Below, in pieces: positions 29,060 through 38,285 of a DNA stretch of 64,000 nucleotides; the stretch's first letter is position 1, and each line of letters opens with the position of its first letter. Source of the stretch: Woeseiaceae bacterium (lineage in GTDB: Bacteria; Pseudomonadota; Gammaproteobacteria; Steroidobacterales; Woeseiaceae); the NCBI GenBank assembly GCA_049666725.1, contig JBATHK010000022.1, positions 12,947 through 76,946 of the forward strand, in the 5' to 3' direction. The notes under the pieces were generated by a model, which searched no databases, was not told where the DNA came from, and saw only the letters and a list, made by a program, of their open reading frames with translations. A program made the position numbers and the translations under genes.

Positions 29060-29120
29060 CTTGCAGTGACTGTCATCGAATTGGCTGTTACGAAAGTCAG
29101 CTCTTGGAGTAGATCGCTCA

Positions 29121-30095
29121 CTACGTGGAAATTCGAAGATATGCGTAGCCAAAATAAGTCAGCAGCAGAAAAGCGCCAATGTTCCTGCCCAATCGTGCAT
29201 CAGCGAAGACGAAGATTGGCACCAGGATCGCCGTAAGAAACAAAGACAGCGACAGGTCGCCGACGCCACCACTCGGTACCGGTATCTGGCTGATGAGGCT
29301 GCTCGCCGGCAGCACGATCAGCGAATTGAAAATGTTGGATCCGACAACATTGCCCAGGGCCAGGTCAGCCTCGCCGCGCATTGCTGCGACGATGGACGTA
29401 ACGAGCTCCGGCATGCTCGTTCCCACGGCAACCAGGAACAGGCCAACAATTGTCGGCGAGACGTTAAGGTTTTCAGCGATCGTAACTCCGTTTCGAACGG
29501 TCATTTCACCGCCAATCAGCAACAGGCCCATGCCACCGATCACGAACAACCATCGAAACTGGCTGTGCGGGTCGGATGGTATGAGGGGATTATGCTCGAT
29601 GTCCGCGATCAGCTTATCGGTATGACGCGTCTCGACAAAATCGAGCACATTGACGTAGGCAAAAATACAAAAAAGCGACAGCAATATGATGCCCTCGGAC
29701 CTGCCAATCATCGAGGGTAGCCCTTCCAGCTGCTGGTCCATCGCCATTACAACCATTATCGTTGTAGCAAGCAGCAACAGCGGCACTTCCCGCCGGACGA
29801 GCTGTCCCTGGATCTTGATTGGCGCGATCAGCACCGCTGCGCCAAGAACAAGCGCCAGGTTGGTGATGTTCGATCCCACAACGTTGCCGAAAGCGATCTC
29901 GGTTTCGCCGCGCAGGGCACCGACAACGTTGATGATGAGTTCCGGTGTGCTGGTGCCGAACCCGACCACGGTCAGACCAACGATTAACGGCGACACACCG
30001 AGTCTTGTTGCGATTTCGGACGCGCCGCGTACAAGCAAAGTACCGCCGCCAATCAGCGCCACGATTCCCACAATCAGACCAGCGAAAGAAAGCAT
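29121..30095 (-). CDS. calcium/sodium antiporter (CaCA family, YrbG-like)
   Basis: Two alpha-repeats: GTSTPELIINVVGALRGETEIAFGNVVGSNITN and GTSMPELVTSIVAAMRGEADLALGNVVGSNIFN. Confidence 0.88.
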   Translation of the reverse strand: MLSFAGLIVGIVALIGGGTLLVRGASEIATRLGVSPLIVGLTVVGFGTSTPELIINVVGALRGETEIAFGNVVGSNITNLALVLGAAVLIAPIKIQGQLVRREVPLLLLATTIMVVMAMDQQLEGLPSMIGRSEGIILLSLFCIFAYVNVLDFVETRHTDKLIADIEHNPLIPSDPHSQFRWLFVIGGMGLLLIGGEMTVRNGVTIAENLNVSPTIVGLFLVAVGTSMPELVTSIVAAMRGEADLALGNVVGSNIFNSLIVLPASSLISQIPVPSGGVGDLSLSLFLTAILVPIFVFADARLGRNIGAFLLLTYFGYAYLRIST

Positions 30096-30104
30096 GCCGG
30101 CCGT

Positions 30105-31457
30105 CTACCTCACCGCGAATGGCAGCAGGGTTTCAAGGTCGCGATTCAGCAACATATGCAGCCAGATGCTTAGCGCGTAACCCAGTGCGATCGCCGGCGT
30201 CCAGCGAAGGTGCGTGAAAAAAGTGTATTTGCCGCGCGCCTGTCCCATTAATGCGATGCCGGCGGCTGATCCGATTGAGAGGAGACTACCTCCCACGCCG
30301 GCAGTTAGCGTGACCAACAACCATTGCTGAACGTCCATCGCGGGGTTCATTTCCAGCACGGCGACCATGACCGGTATGTTATCGACGACGGCAGAAATCA
30401 GTCCTACGAGCACGTTTGCAACGGTTGGGCCAAGCTCTCCATAAAGGTACGCCGAGAGATGATCAAGGTAGCCGATGAACCCAAGGCCACCAACGCACAT
30501 GATGACTCCGAAGAAGAACAAGAGCGTATCCCACTCCACCCTCGCGACCTCACGAAAGCTGTCAAACGGCATCGTGTCGCCAACCTCGCCGTAATGTTCC
30601 CCGTTGTACGTTGTCTTGGCGTGCGTTTTTCTGAGGTAATAACCATAAAATTTGAGCGCCGCAAGGCCGGTCATCATGCCGAGAAAGGGCGGCAGGTGAA
30701 GAAAGTTATGAAACGACACAGCTGTGACTATAGTGCAAGCGAACAGAAACATGATTTGTCTTGCACCCCGCTTCAGGCTAACTGCATTATCCGGGCCGGA
30801 TGCCGATGGCAGGCCCTTTGGAACCGCAAGTGACATGATGGCAGCCGGCACGAGAAAATTGACAACGCTGGGCAGGAATAGTCGGAAAAAATACTCGAAA
30901 CCGATAACGCCCCGCTGCCAGACCATCAGCGTTGTTATGTCGCCAAAAGGACTGAACGCACCGCCGGCATTTGCTGCCACGACTATATTGATACAGGCGA
31001 GGCCGATAAAGCGGGGGTTCCCTTCACCAATGGCCAGTACAACGGCGCACATAACGAGCGCCGTCGTCAGGTTGTCGATCACCGGAGACAAAAAGAAACT
31101 CAAAATTCCGGTAATCCAGAACATGGTACGGAAGGTGTACGAACGTCCTGCCAACCGGTCCCGTAGCGCTTTGAAAACGTTGCGCTCACTCATGGCATTG
31201 ACATAGGTCATCGCGGCCAGCAAGAACAGAAACAGCTGAGCAAATTCGGTCAGATATTCGTTGACAGCCTCTGCGGGGGCATGTGTCTGCTCAGTGCCAG
31301 CATACTGGTATGCGATCAGGCCCCAGATAATGCCGGCTGCGAGTATGACCGGCTTCGATTTCCGCAGATGCGTGAACTCCTCGGAAATCACGAGACTGTA
31401 GGCAGCCACGAACAATACTATTGCAGCAACACCCACCCAATCTGCAGTAAGATCCAT
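30105..31457 (-). CDS. nhaD: sodium:proton antiporter NhaD
   Basis: 450 aa, polytopic. The N-terminal LVISEEFTHLRKSKPV block and overall pattern resemble the NhaD/ArsB-superfamily antiporters. Confidence 0.8.
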   Translation of the reverse strand: MDLTADWVGVAAIVLFVAAYSLVISEEFTHLRKSKPVILAAGIIWGLIAYQYAGTEQTHAPAEAVNEYLTEFAQLFLFLLAAMTYVNAMSERNVFKALRDRLAGRSYTFRTMFWITGILSFFLSPVIDNLTTALVMCAVVLAIGEGNPRFIGLACINIVVAANAGGAFSPFGDITTLMVWQRGVIGFEYFFRLFLPSVVNFLVPAAIMSLAVPKGLPSASGPDNAVSLKRGARQIMFLFACTIVTAVSFHNFLHLPPFLGMMTGLAALKFYGYYLRKTHAKTTYNGEHYGEVGDTMPFDSFREVARVEWDTLLFFFGVIMCVGGLGFIGYLDHLSAYLYGELGPTVANVLVGLISAVVDNIPVMVAVLEMNPAMDVQQWLLVTLTAGVGGSLLSIGSAAGIALMGQARGKYTFFTHLRWTPAIALGYALSIWLHMLLNRDLETLLPFAVR

Positions 31458-31605
31458 TAAACCGTTACTCCATTAATTCTCAAGTACACTCTTATGTTCA
31501 TCGACACAACTGTCCCACGTTCGATAGCTTGTTGCGAGCCTTGGCGTCTTTCTTGCCAAATAATGCAATGAAATTTCCGATTTTTCGACAAGCTGACCTG
31601 GCGAA

Positions 31606-32829
31606 GTGACTCAGCACGTAATATTCGCCGCGCCCTTTTTCATGGACGCGACCGTGCGCTTCCTGCGCGGCGCCTGCCAGTTGCCGGATGTCGCGCTATC
31701 GGTCGTGAGCCAGGATCCTGCGGAGCAGCTGCCCGCAGACATTCGGGCCCGCATCGCCGGGCACTGGCGCGTTGCCGACGCGCTAAACCCAAACCAGTTG
31801 ATAGAGGCCGCGCAGCAGCTGGAGGCCCGGCTCGGCAAAGCCGCTTGCTACCTCGCAGCGCTCGAACAATTGCAGGTGCCGCTGGCGCTTGCTCGGGAAG
31901 CGCTTGGCATCGACGGGCTGTCGTCCGCTGCCGCGAGGAACTTCCGCGACAAATCGCGCATGAAAGATGTCCTGCGCGGCGCGGGGGTTCCATGTGCACG
32001 TCACGCACTTGTGGGCGACCGTGCAGCCGCGGAGGCGTTCATACAGCGCGTCGGATTTCCGGTCGTGGTAAAGCCCCCCGCCGGCGCCGGTGGAAAAGGT
32101 ACTTTCAGGCTCGATCAGCCGGCGGACCTTGGCACCTGGTTGCAGCGTTTTCCACCCAATCCCGACCACCCCACCCTGTTCGAGGAATTCGTGTGCGGCA
32201 CGGAACACTCATTCGACAGCGTATTCATTGATGGTCGACCGGTCTGGCATTCGATATCCCGATACATGCCGTCGCCCCTGGAGGTGCTGGAGAACGACTG
32301 GATACAGTGGTGCGTCATGCTGCCGCGCGACATTAGCGGCGCCGAGTTCGATCCCATTCGCGAAGCGGGATATACCGCTATCGAGGCGCTGGGACTGCAG
32401 ACCGGGCTTAGCCACATGGAGTGGTTTCGGCTGGCGAACGGCAGCATCGCCATTTCCGAGGTCGGCGCGCGTCCGCCTGGCGCACAGTTTTCCTCCTTGT
32501 TGTCGTATGCTCACGACATCGATTTTTACAGGGCATGGCCACGCCTGATGGTATTTGGGGAATTTGAACGGCCGGAGCGCCGTTACGCGGCCGGTGCGGC
32601 GTACATACGTGGCCAGGGACAGGGCCGCATTCGCAGCATCAGCGGAGTTGACGAAGTGCAGCGCCGTTTCGGCTCGATCGTTGTCGAAGCCAAGCTACCG
32701 CACGAGGGCCAGCCTCCGAGCGACAGCTACGAAGGCGATGGCTACATCATCGTACGCCACCCCGATACCGACGTCGTGCAGGATGCGCTGCAGCAGATCG
32801 TCAGCACGATTCGCGTGGAGCTGCGATGA
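31606..32829 (+). CDS. ATP-grasp domain ligase (paralogue 1 of 3)
   Basis: GTG start. FRDKSRMKDVL, GFPVVVKPPAGAGGKGTFRL, EEFVCGTEHSFD and HMEWFR...ISEVGARPPGAQF are ATP-grasp blocks, collinear with the products of 36979..38196 and 39752..40972. Confidence 0.8.
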   Translation: MTQHVIFAAPFFMDATVRFLRGACQLPDVALSVVSQDPAEQLPADIRARIAGHWRVADALNPNQLIEAAQQLEARLGKAACYLAALEQLQVPLALAREALGIDGLSSAAARNFRDKSRMKDVLRGAGVPCARHALVGDRAAAEAFIQRVGFPVVVKPPAGAGGKGTFRLDQPADLGTWLQRFPPNPDHPTLFEEFVCGTEHSFDSVFIDGRPVWHSISRYMPSPLEVLENDWIQWCVMLPRDISGAEFDPIREAGYTAIEALGLQTGLSHMEWFRLANGSIAISEVGARPPGAQFSSLLSYAHDIDFYRAWPRLMVFGEFERPERRYAAGAAYIRGQGQGRIRSISGVDEVQRRFGSIVVEAKLPHEGQPPSDSYEGDGYIIVRHPDTDVVQDALQQIVSTIRVELR

Positions 32830-33770
32830 ATCCGGAAGCGCCTTTACGATTGCTGCTCGGCCCGCAGCGCCCCGTTGTGAATTTTGACAGTGCTTTGGCG
32901 CGCTCCGGGATTGGCGACGGACCGATCGGCGTGATATCGGCCGCGTGGCAGGAAGCCGAAGGCGATATCGATGGCATGCAACGCCTGGTAAAGAATCCTT
33001 TGTCGGATCTGCGCCTTTATCAGAAGACTGAAGCGCTGTTTGCCGCAGACCCGCGTCTTCATGAAGCTTATCGGCAGCGGCAGGAACGCCTCAAAGAGCA
33101 GCAGCGCTTCTACAGCCTTCGACTGCGGCAGCTGAAGATCGCCGCACGGGTAATTCTGCGCGCCGAGGGTGAGCCGTCCGTCGTGGCGGCAGAGCGCCGG
33201 CATGCCATTTCGCAACTGCGTGCACTCGACCAGCACCACCTCCGCCAGGTGGACAAGATTCATGCCCGCTTCGACAAGGATTTTAACGTTGATTGTCACG
33301 ATCTCCTCGCCGATCAAACCGCCGCGCTTGTCGAAGCGCTGTCACAATTCGAGACCTTGCTGATCACCGGCGGCAATGTCGTCGTTCTGATGAACCGGCT
33401 GCGCCTGTTCGGACTTGGCCCACAGCTTAAGCGAAAGAACATCGTTGCCTGGTCAGCGGGCGCGATGGTGCTGGCTGATCGCATCGTGTTATTCCATGAG
33501 CGCATGCCGCAGGGTCGGCGTGACGCCGAAATTATGTGCCGTGGCATGGCAATCGTGCCGGACACCGTGCTGCTGCCGAACGCAAGCGGACGGCTGAAGC
33601 TAGGGGACTCGCTGCGCATCGGCCTGTTTGATCGCCGCTTTTCGCCGGCCAATTGTGTGACTCTCGAAAACGGCTCATACCTGCTGTTCGAGGGTGAAAC
33701 CTTGCGCGACTCCGAGGCGGCCAGGCGCATGACACGAAGCGGAAAATTCAAACGGATGCGCGCGGCATGA
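32826..33770 (+). CDS. S51 (dipeptidase E/cyanophycinase)-like peptidase-fold protein, uncertain
   Basis: LLITGGNVVVLMNRLRLFG and IVAWSAGAMVL resemble the GGN and G-x-S-A-G-A nucleophile motifs of family S51. There is a long charged insertion between the first strand and GGN. ATGA overlaps on both sides. Confidence 0.5.
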   Translation: MNPEAPLRLLLGPQRPVVNFDSALARSGIGDGPIGVISAAWQEAEGDIDGMQRLVKNPLSDLRLYQKTEALFAADPRLHEAYRQRQERLKEQQRFYSLRLRQLKIAARVILRAEGEPSVVAAERRHAISQLRALDQHHLRQVDKIHARFDKDFNVDCHDLLADQTAALVEALSQFETLLITGGNVVVLMNRLRLFGLGPQLKRKNIVAWSAGAMVLADRIVLFHERMPQGRRDAEIMCRGMAIVPDTVLLPNASGRLKLGDSLRIGLFDRRFSPANCVTLENGSYLLFEGETLRDSEAARRMTRSGKFKRMRAA

Positions 33771-34903
33771 ATCCGGCACTACGCAAACTGCTCCGCAAAG
33801 CCGCTCCGGACGGGGCTGATATTGATGCGTTGATCCAGGAGCTGGATTTTCCACTCGTCGATGGCACGGACGTCACCTTCGTTTTTCGCGGCAAGGCCGA
33901 TGCCGTTTACCTGCGCTGCTGGATTGCCGGGCTCGATACCGCGCAGCCGTTCCAGGCATTGGCCGGCACCGACCTGTGGGCGACGACGATTGAGTTACCC
34001 AAAGGCTCTCGCATCGAGTACAAGTTCGAAGTTGCGTCTAACGGCAATAAGGAACTCATACTCGACCCCCTGAACGATGTTGTTGCGCGCGATCCGTTTG
34101 GCGCCAATTCAGTATGCCAGGCAGCCGGCTACGAGCGGCCGGAGTGGACGTTGCACGATCCGCAGGCGCGCGAGGGCTCTTTGCAAACTAGAAAAATTGA
34201 AAGCAGCGTGTTCCGGGAGTCTCGCGATATTGAGGTTTACCTTCCGGCAACGTTTCGCAAGAATCGTCGTTATCCGTTGCTTGTCGTTCACGATGGCGTC
34301 GACTACCTGCGCTATGCGGAACTCAAGATCGTGCTCGATAACCTCACGCACCGGCTGGAAATGCACCCCGTCATCGTTGCGTTGATCCAGTCGCCCGATC
34401 GACTCAAGGAGTACTCCGGCGATAACCGGCACGCGCGGTTCCTTGTCGAAGATCTTCTGCCTTTCATGAACGACACGTTTCCCTTAATGGATTCGGCTGA
34501 TTCACGTTGCATCATGGGCGCAAGCTTCGGCGGCGTTGCGGCGCTGCACGCGGCGTGGCGCTATCCGGAACATTTTGGTTCGCTGTTGCTGCAGTCAGGC
34601 TCGTTCGCGTTCAGCGATATCGGCCGGCATCAGCGCGGGCCGGTTTTCGATCCCGTCGTACGATTCATGAACGAGTTTCGTGAACATCCCGGGCGCCCGG
34701 CGGACCGGATATTCATGAGCTGCGGCATGTACGAGTCACTGATCTACGAAAACCGCTCGCTCGTGCCGCATCTGCAGTCGAAAGGTGTCGAGCTGCGCTT
34801 CGAGGAAGCGCGCGACGCACACAACTGGGAGAACTGGCGGGATCGACTGCGTATCGGTCTGTCGTGGGTACTGCCGGGTCCGGCGTGGATGGTGTACGAA
34901 TGA
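33767..34903 (+). CDS. esterase family protein (enterochelin-esterase/PF00756-like) with an N-terminal beta-sandwich domain
   Basis: The N-terminus (VTFVFRGKADAVYLRCWIAG...LWATTIELPKGSRIEYKFEV) looks like an E-set/CBM48-like domain. It is followed by YPLLVVHDG, the GxSxG motif IMGASFGGVAAL and a C-terminal H.W.NW block. Confidence 0.75.
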   Translation: MNPALRKLLRKAAPDGADIDALIQELDFPLVDGTDVTFVFRGKADAVYLRCWIAGLDTAQPFQALAGTDLWATTIELPKGSRIEYKFEVASNGNKELILDPLNDVVARDPFGANSVCQAAGYERPEWTLHDPQAREGSLQTRKIESSVFRESRDIEVYLPATFRKNRRYPLLVVHDGVDYLRYAELKIVLDNLTHRLEMHPVIVALIQSPDRLKEYSGDNRHARFLVEDLLPFMNDTFPLMDSADSRCIMGASFGGVAALHAAWRYPEHFGSLLLQSGSFAFSDIGRHQRGPVFDPVVRFMNEFREHPGRPADRIFMSCGMYESLIYENRSLVPHLQSKGVELRFEEARDAHNWENWRDRLRIGLSWVLPGPAWMVYE

Positions 34904-34999
34904 CCGCAATAAAACCGCGCTTCGTTCTTTGCTCACCTGCTATATTGATGAAGACGGCTTACCAGACTAATTGCTTTTTTATTCAAGGAAACGCAAACC

Positions 35000-36250
35000 G
35001 TGGCCAAAAAAACCAAACACATCGGCTTGTCTCTCGGCGCGGATATTTGCTGGCCCATTTGCTACGAGGGACTGCTCAAGGAACTCGACCTGGAAATACC
35101 GATTGGCAATGACACGCTGACATTTGAAGTCGAGCGCATGGCGATTGAACCGTTCAGCCTGACGCAACACTGCAAATACGATGTCGTCATCGACCGTTTG
35201 ACACACTGGTACCACACGTCGCGCGAGTGGATAAAGAAAGCCATCATTACTGACGACCTTTACGTGTTCAACAATCCGTGGTCGCTGCAGTCCATGGAAA
35301 AACAGACGACGTATTGCGCGATGATGCGGCTCGGCATGCCGGTGCCGGAAACCTGGATGATACCGCCCAAGTCGTACACGGAATCATCCGATCTGCAGCC
35401 GACGCTGAAACGTTACGCGAAGCTCTTTAATCTCGGCGACATTGGCGACAAGATCGGCTATCCGCTGTTTATGAAGCCCTACGACGGTGGCGCGTGGGTT
35501 GGCGTTACCGCGATCAAGGATCGCGAATCGCTGCTCAAAGCCTATAACGAGAGCGGCATACGAGTCATGAACCTGCAGAAAGGCATTGTGCCATTCGAGG
35601 GCTTCGTCCGCTGCGTCGGCCTCGGCGCGCAATGGCGCTGCGTCAACTACGATCCCGACGCGCCGCTGCACGATCGCTACCGCATGGAAACAGACTTTCT
35701 TTCGACAGAGGAAGAACAGCGCCTGATCGACATCACGATGGTGATCAACGCTTTTTTTGGCTGGGATTTCAATTCCTGCGAGTCCCTGCTGAGCAATGGC
35801 GTGTGGCATCCGATCGATTTTGCCAACGCCTGCCCCGATTCGCAGGTCACGTCGCTGCACTTTCACTTTCCGTGGCTGATCAAAGCGAATATTCGCTGGT
35901 CGATTTTCTGCGCCGCGACGGACCGAAACATGAAAACGGACCTGAACTGGCGCGCATATTTCGACATTGCGGACCAGGACAAGCCGTTCGATGACAAGCT
36001 CGCCGACTACGTGCGCATAGCGCGGCAGCACTTCGACATTGAAAATTTCGAGGAATTCTGCGAGCGGCACCTCGGGCATCTGGATGAAGTAGCGCACAGC
36101 TATTTCGCGACGGACGCCGTGCGTTGCGCAATCCGGGAGAAAGTCGAAGCGCTGTATCCAGATTATGAATACGACGAATTCACCGAGCTGTTCTGGAATC
36201 GCATCCAGCAGTGGCGGCAGCTGCAGGGCGGCGTCGGTCCCCTCGCATGA
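35000..36250 (+). CDS. ATP-grasp-like protein (RimK/glutathione-synthetase-like fold), uncertain
   Basis: GTG start after AAGGAA. YPLFMKPYDGGAWVGVTAIKDRESLLKAYNESG and GWDFNSCESLLSNGVWHPIDFAN resemble ATP-grasp central and C-terminal blocks. No closer family recognised. Confidence 0.55.
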   Translation: MAKKTKHIGLSLGADICWPICYEGLLKELDLEIPIGNDTLTFEVERMAIEPFSLTQHCKYDVVIDRLTHWYHTSREWIKKAIITDDLYVFNNPWSLQSMEKQTTYCAMMRLGMPVPETWMIPPKSYTESSDLQPTLKRYAKLFNLGDIGDKIGYPLFMKPYDGGAWVGVTAIKDRESLLKAYNESGIRVMNLQKGIVPFEGFVRCVGLGAQWRCVNYDPDAPLHDRYRMETDFLSTEEEQRLIDITMVINAFFGWDFNSCESLLSNGVWHPIDFANACPDSQVTSLHFHFPWLIKANIRWSIFCAATDRNMKTDLNWRAYFDIADQDKPFDDKLADYVRIARQHFDIENFEEFCERHLGHLDEVAHSYFATDAVRCAIREKVEALYPDYEYDEFTELFWNRIQQWRQLQGGVGPLA

Positions 36251-36972
36251 AGGACGTGTTTCGCTGGTATTCGCCGAACGTCGAACAGGAAGTACAGCTG
36301 GTGCGCTGGGGCACCTTCGGCACGCCGGTGCTGTTGTTTCCGACGGCGGGAGGCGATGCCGAGGAAGTCGAGCGTTTTCACCTGATCGGCGTTTTGCAGC
36401 CGCTGCTCGACGCCGGCCGCATCAAGGTTTATTCGACCGACAGTGTCGCCGGAAAAGCGTGGTTCTCCGGAGAGCATTCGGCCGAATACTGCTCGCGACT
36501 GCAGAACTGCTTCGATGCGTTCATCTATTCGGAGGTAACGGCCGCGATCCGCAGGGACTGCGCGTCAGAGGATATCGAAATCGTTACGGCTGGCGCATCG
36601 ATCGGCGCGTTTAACGCGTTGGCGACGGTGTGCCGCCACCCTGACGTCTACAGGCTCGCAATTGCCATGAGCGGCACCTTCGATCTTTCGAAATATCTCG
36701 AGGGTCGGATGAACCAGGACTTCTATTTCTCGTCACCGCTGCACTACCTGCCGCGCCTTGAAGGCCCGCAGCTCGAGATGTTGCAGAAGCGGCTCATTCT
36801 GCTACCCACCGGAGAAGGCGATTACGAAGACGTGGGCGAGTCGTGGCGCGTCGCACAGGTGCTCGGCGCGAAAGGCGTCCCCAACCGCGTCGACCTCTGG
36901 GGGGCGCACTATCACCACGACTGGCAAACGTGGCGCGACATGCTTCCCAAGTACCTGGCCGAGTACGCCTGA
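36247..36972 (+). CDS. esterase-fold (alpha/beta hydrolase) protein
   Basis: Start set at ATG 36247 (ATGA overlap with the previous stop). PVLLFPTAGGDAEE, the GxSxG motif TAGASIGAFNA, and a late HDW block. Confidence 0.62.
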   Translation: MKDVFRWYSPNVEQEVQLVRWGTFGTPVLLFPTAGGDAEEVERFHLIGVLQPLLDAGRIKVYSTDSVAGKAWFSGEHSAEYCSRLQNCFDAFIYSEVTAAIRRDCASEDIEIVTAGASIGAFNALATVCRHPDVYRLAIAMSGTFDLSKYLEGRMNQDFYFSSPLHYLPRLEGPQLEMLQKRLILLPTGEGDYEDVGESWRVAQVLGAKGVPNRVDLWGAHYHHDWQTWRDMLPKYLAEYA

Positions 36973-36978
36973 GCCGTT

Positions 36979-38196
36979 CTATTCGGCGTACATCTGCAGT
37001 TCCGAACCCACGGCGTCCGCCATCGCCATCGTGTCTTCAAGATCCGGGTGGCGCAGCATGATAAAGCCGTCAGAAACCAGCGTCTTCAGCCAGTCGCGGC
37101 GCGGAGTCCCCGGCGGCAGCAGCGTATTCCAGACAACGTGCTCGCCAAATCTCGCTTGCAGTGACTCGCTACCCTCGATGCGCGTAATACGCCCGACGCC
37201 GCGGGCACGCTTGAAAATTGTCGCCACGTTGTAGCGTCGCTCGAATTGTTCTTCCACGCGACCGTGGGTCACTGCCTGCCCCCAGGCCTTGAACACGTCG
37301 AAGTCACAGGCATATTTCATCTGGTCGACCTGGTGCGCGCCGGGAGGACGTCCGCCGATCTCGCCGAACACCACTTCGCCGTCCGACTTGCGGTACCACT
37401 CCATGTGGGTAAAACCCGTGTCGAACTTCAGGGCCTTGATGACATCGAAGCCCATTTGTATGCCGCCGACCAGGTCTTTGTTATCGACGTCCCTGAGTGC
37501 GATCACCTGCGGGCTGATCCACTCGTTGCTGCGCGCGATCAGCGGCCGGGGCCGGTACCAGGCGACATTGTAATAAGCGATCTCGCCGCCGACGGTAATC
37601 GTGTCGAAGGTATATTCCTCGCCGTCAACAAATTCCTCGACGCTGATGAGCGGCACGTGCCGCAGTCGCGGCAGCACGGCGCGCAGCTCTTCTCTCGACG
37701 TCACGCGGTAAGTATCCGCGGAGCCCGCGCCGTCGATGGGCTTGAGGATGACCGGAAAACCGATGTCTTCGACGGCAGTCCAGCATCCGGCGACGCTGTC
37801 GACAGCCGCATGGCGGGGCGTGCGGATGCCCGCTTTATCAAGCGCGACTTTCATGGCTTCCTTGTCGCGAAACAGTCGCGCGTGCTCGATGCCGAGACCG
37901 GGCACGCCAAAATGTTCCCGCAGCTCGGCCGCCAGCATGACGCCCGGCTCCCAGAGACATTCGATGCGCTCAATCTGGTGACCGCGCAGCTTCTCCGAGA
38001 GCTCCGCGATTACGCGCTGGCTGTCCCACAAAGACGAGACCTGGACGTACTCCGACAATGAGCGGCGCACGAGTTCCGGCAGCCCCCCGACATGTTGGTC
38101 GCCGACGCCATATACGCGCGCGCCGCTTGCCGCGAGCCCGCGCGCGAACTCGGGCATATCCGCCGGATAACCGGGAGAAATCATGAGGACATTCAT
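36979..38196 (-). CDS. ATP-grasp domain ligase (paralogue 2 of 3)
   Basis: FRDKEAMKVAL, GFPVILKPIDGAGSADTYRV, EEFVDGEEYTFD and HMEWYRKSDGEVVFGEIGGRPPGAHQ are collinear with the other two paralogues. Confidence 0.8.
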   Translation of the reverse strand: MNVLMISPGYPADMPEFARGLAASGARVYGVGDQHVGGLPELVRRSLSEYVQVSSLWDSQRVIAELSEKLRGHQIERIECLWEPGVMLAAELREHFGVPGLGIEHARLFRDKEAMKVALDKAGIRTPRHAAVDSVAGCWTAVEDIGFPVILKPIDGAGSADTYRVTSREELRAVLPRLRHVPLISVEEFVDGEEYTFDTITVGGEIAYYNVAWYRPRPLIARSNEWISPQVIALRDVDNKDLVGGIQMGFDVIKALKFDTGFTHMEWYRKSDGEVVFGEIGGRPPGAHQVDQMKYACDFDVFKAWGQAVTHGRVEEQFERRYNVATIFKRARGVGRITRIEGSESLQARFGEHVVWNTLLPPGTPRRDWLKTLVSDGFIMLRHPDLEDTMAMADAVGSELQMYAE

Positions 38197-38285
38197 CGTG
38201 CGCGCCTTCGGATGGAAATGAATGAATACAGCGTGCGCTGGTACACGTAGAATAGTACCTCAACACAATAACCGGTGGACCCGAA

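Noticed and set aside
29056-29100. CTGACTT...AAGTCAG inverted repeat between the convergent cryB-type and CaCA genes, as a terminator
   Set aside because: A 7-bp stem with a 31-nt loop and no T tract is thermodynamically weak.
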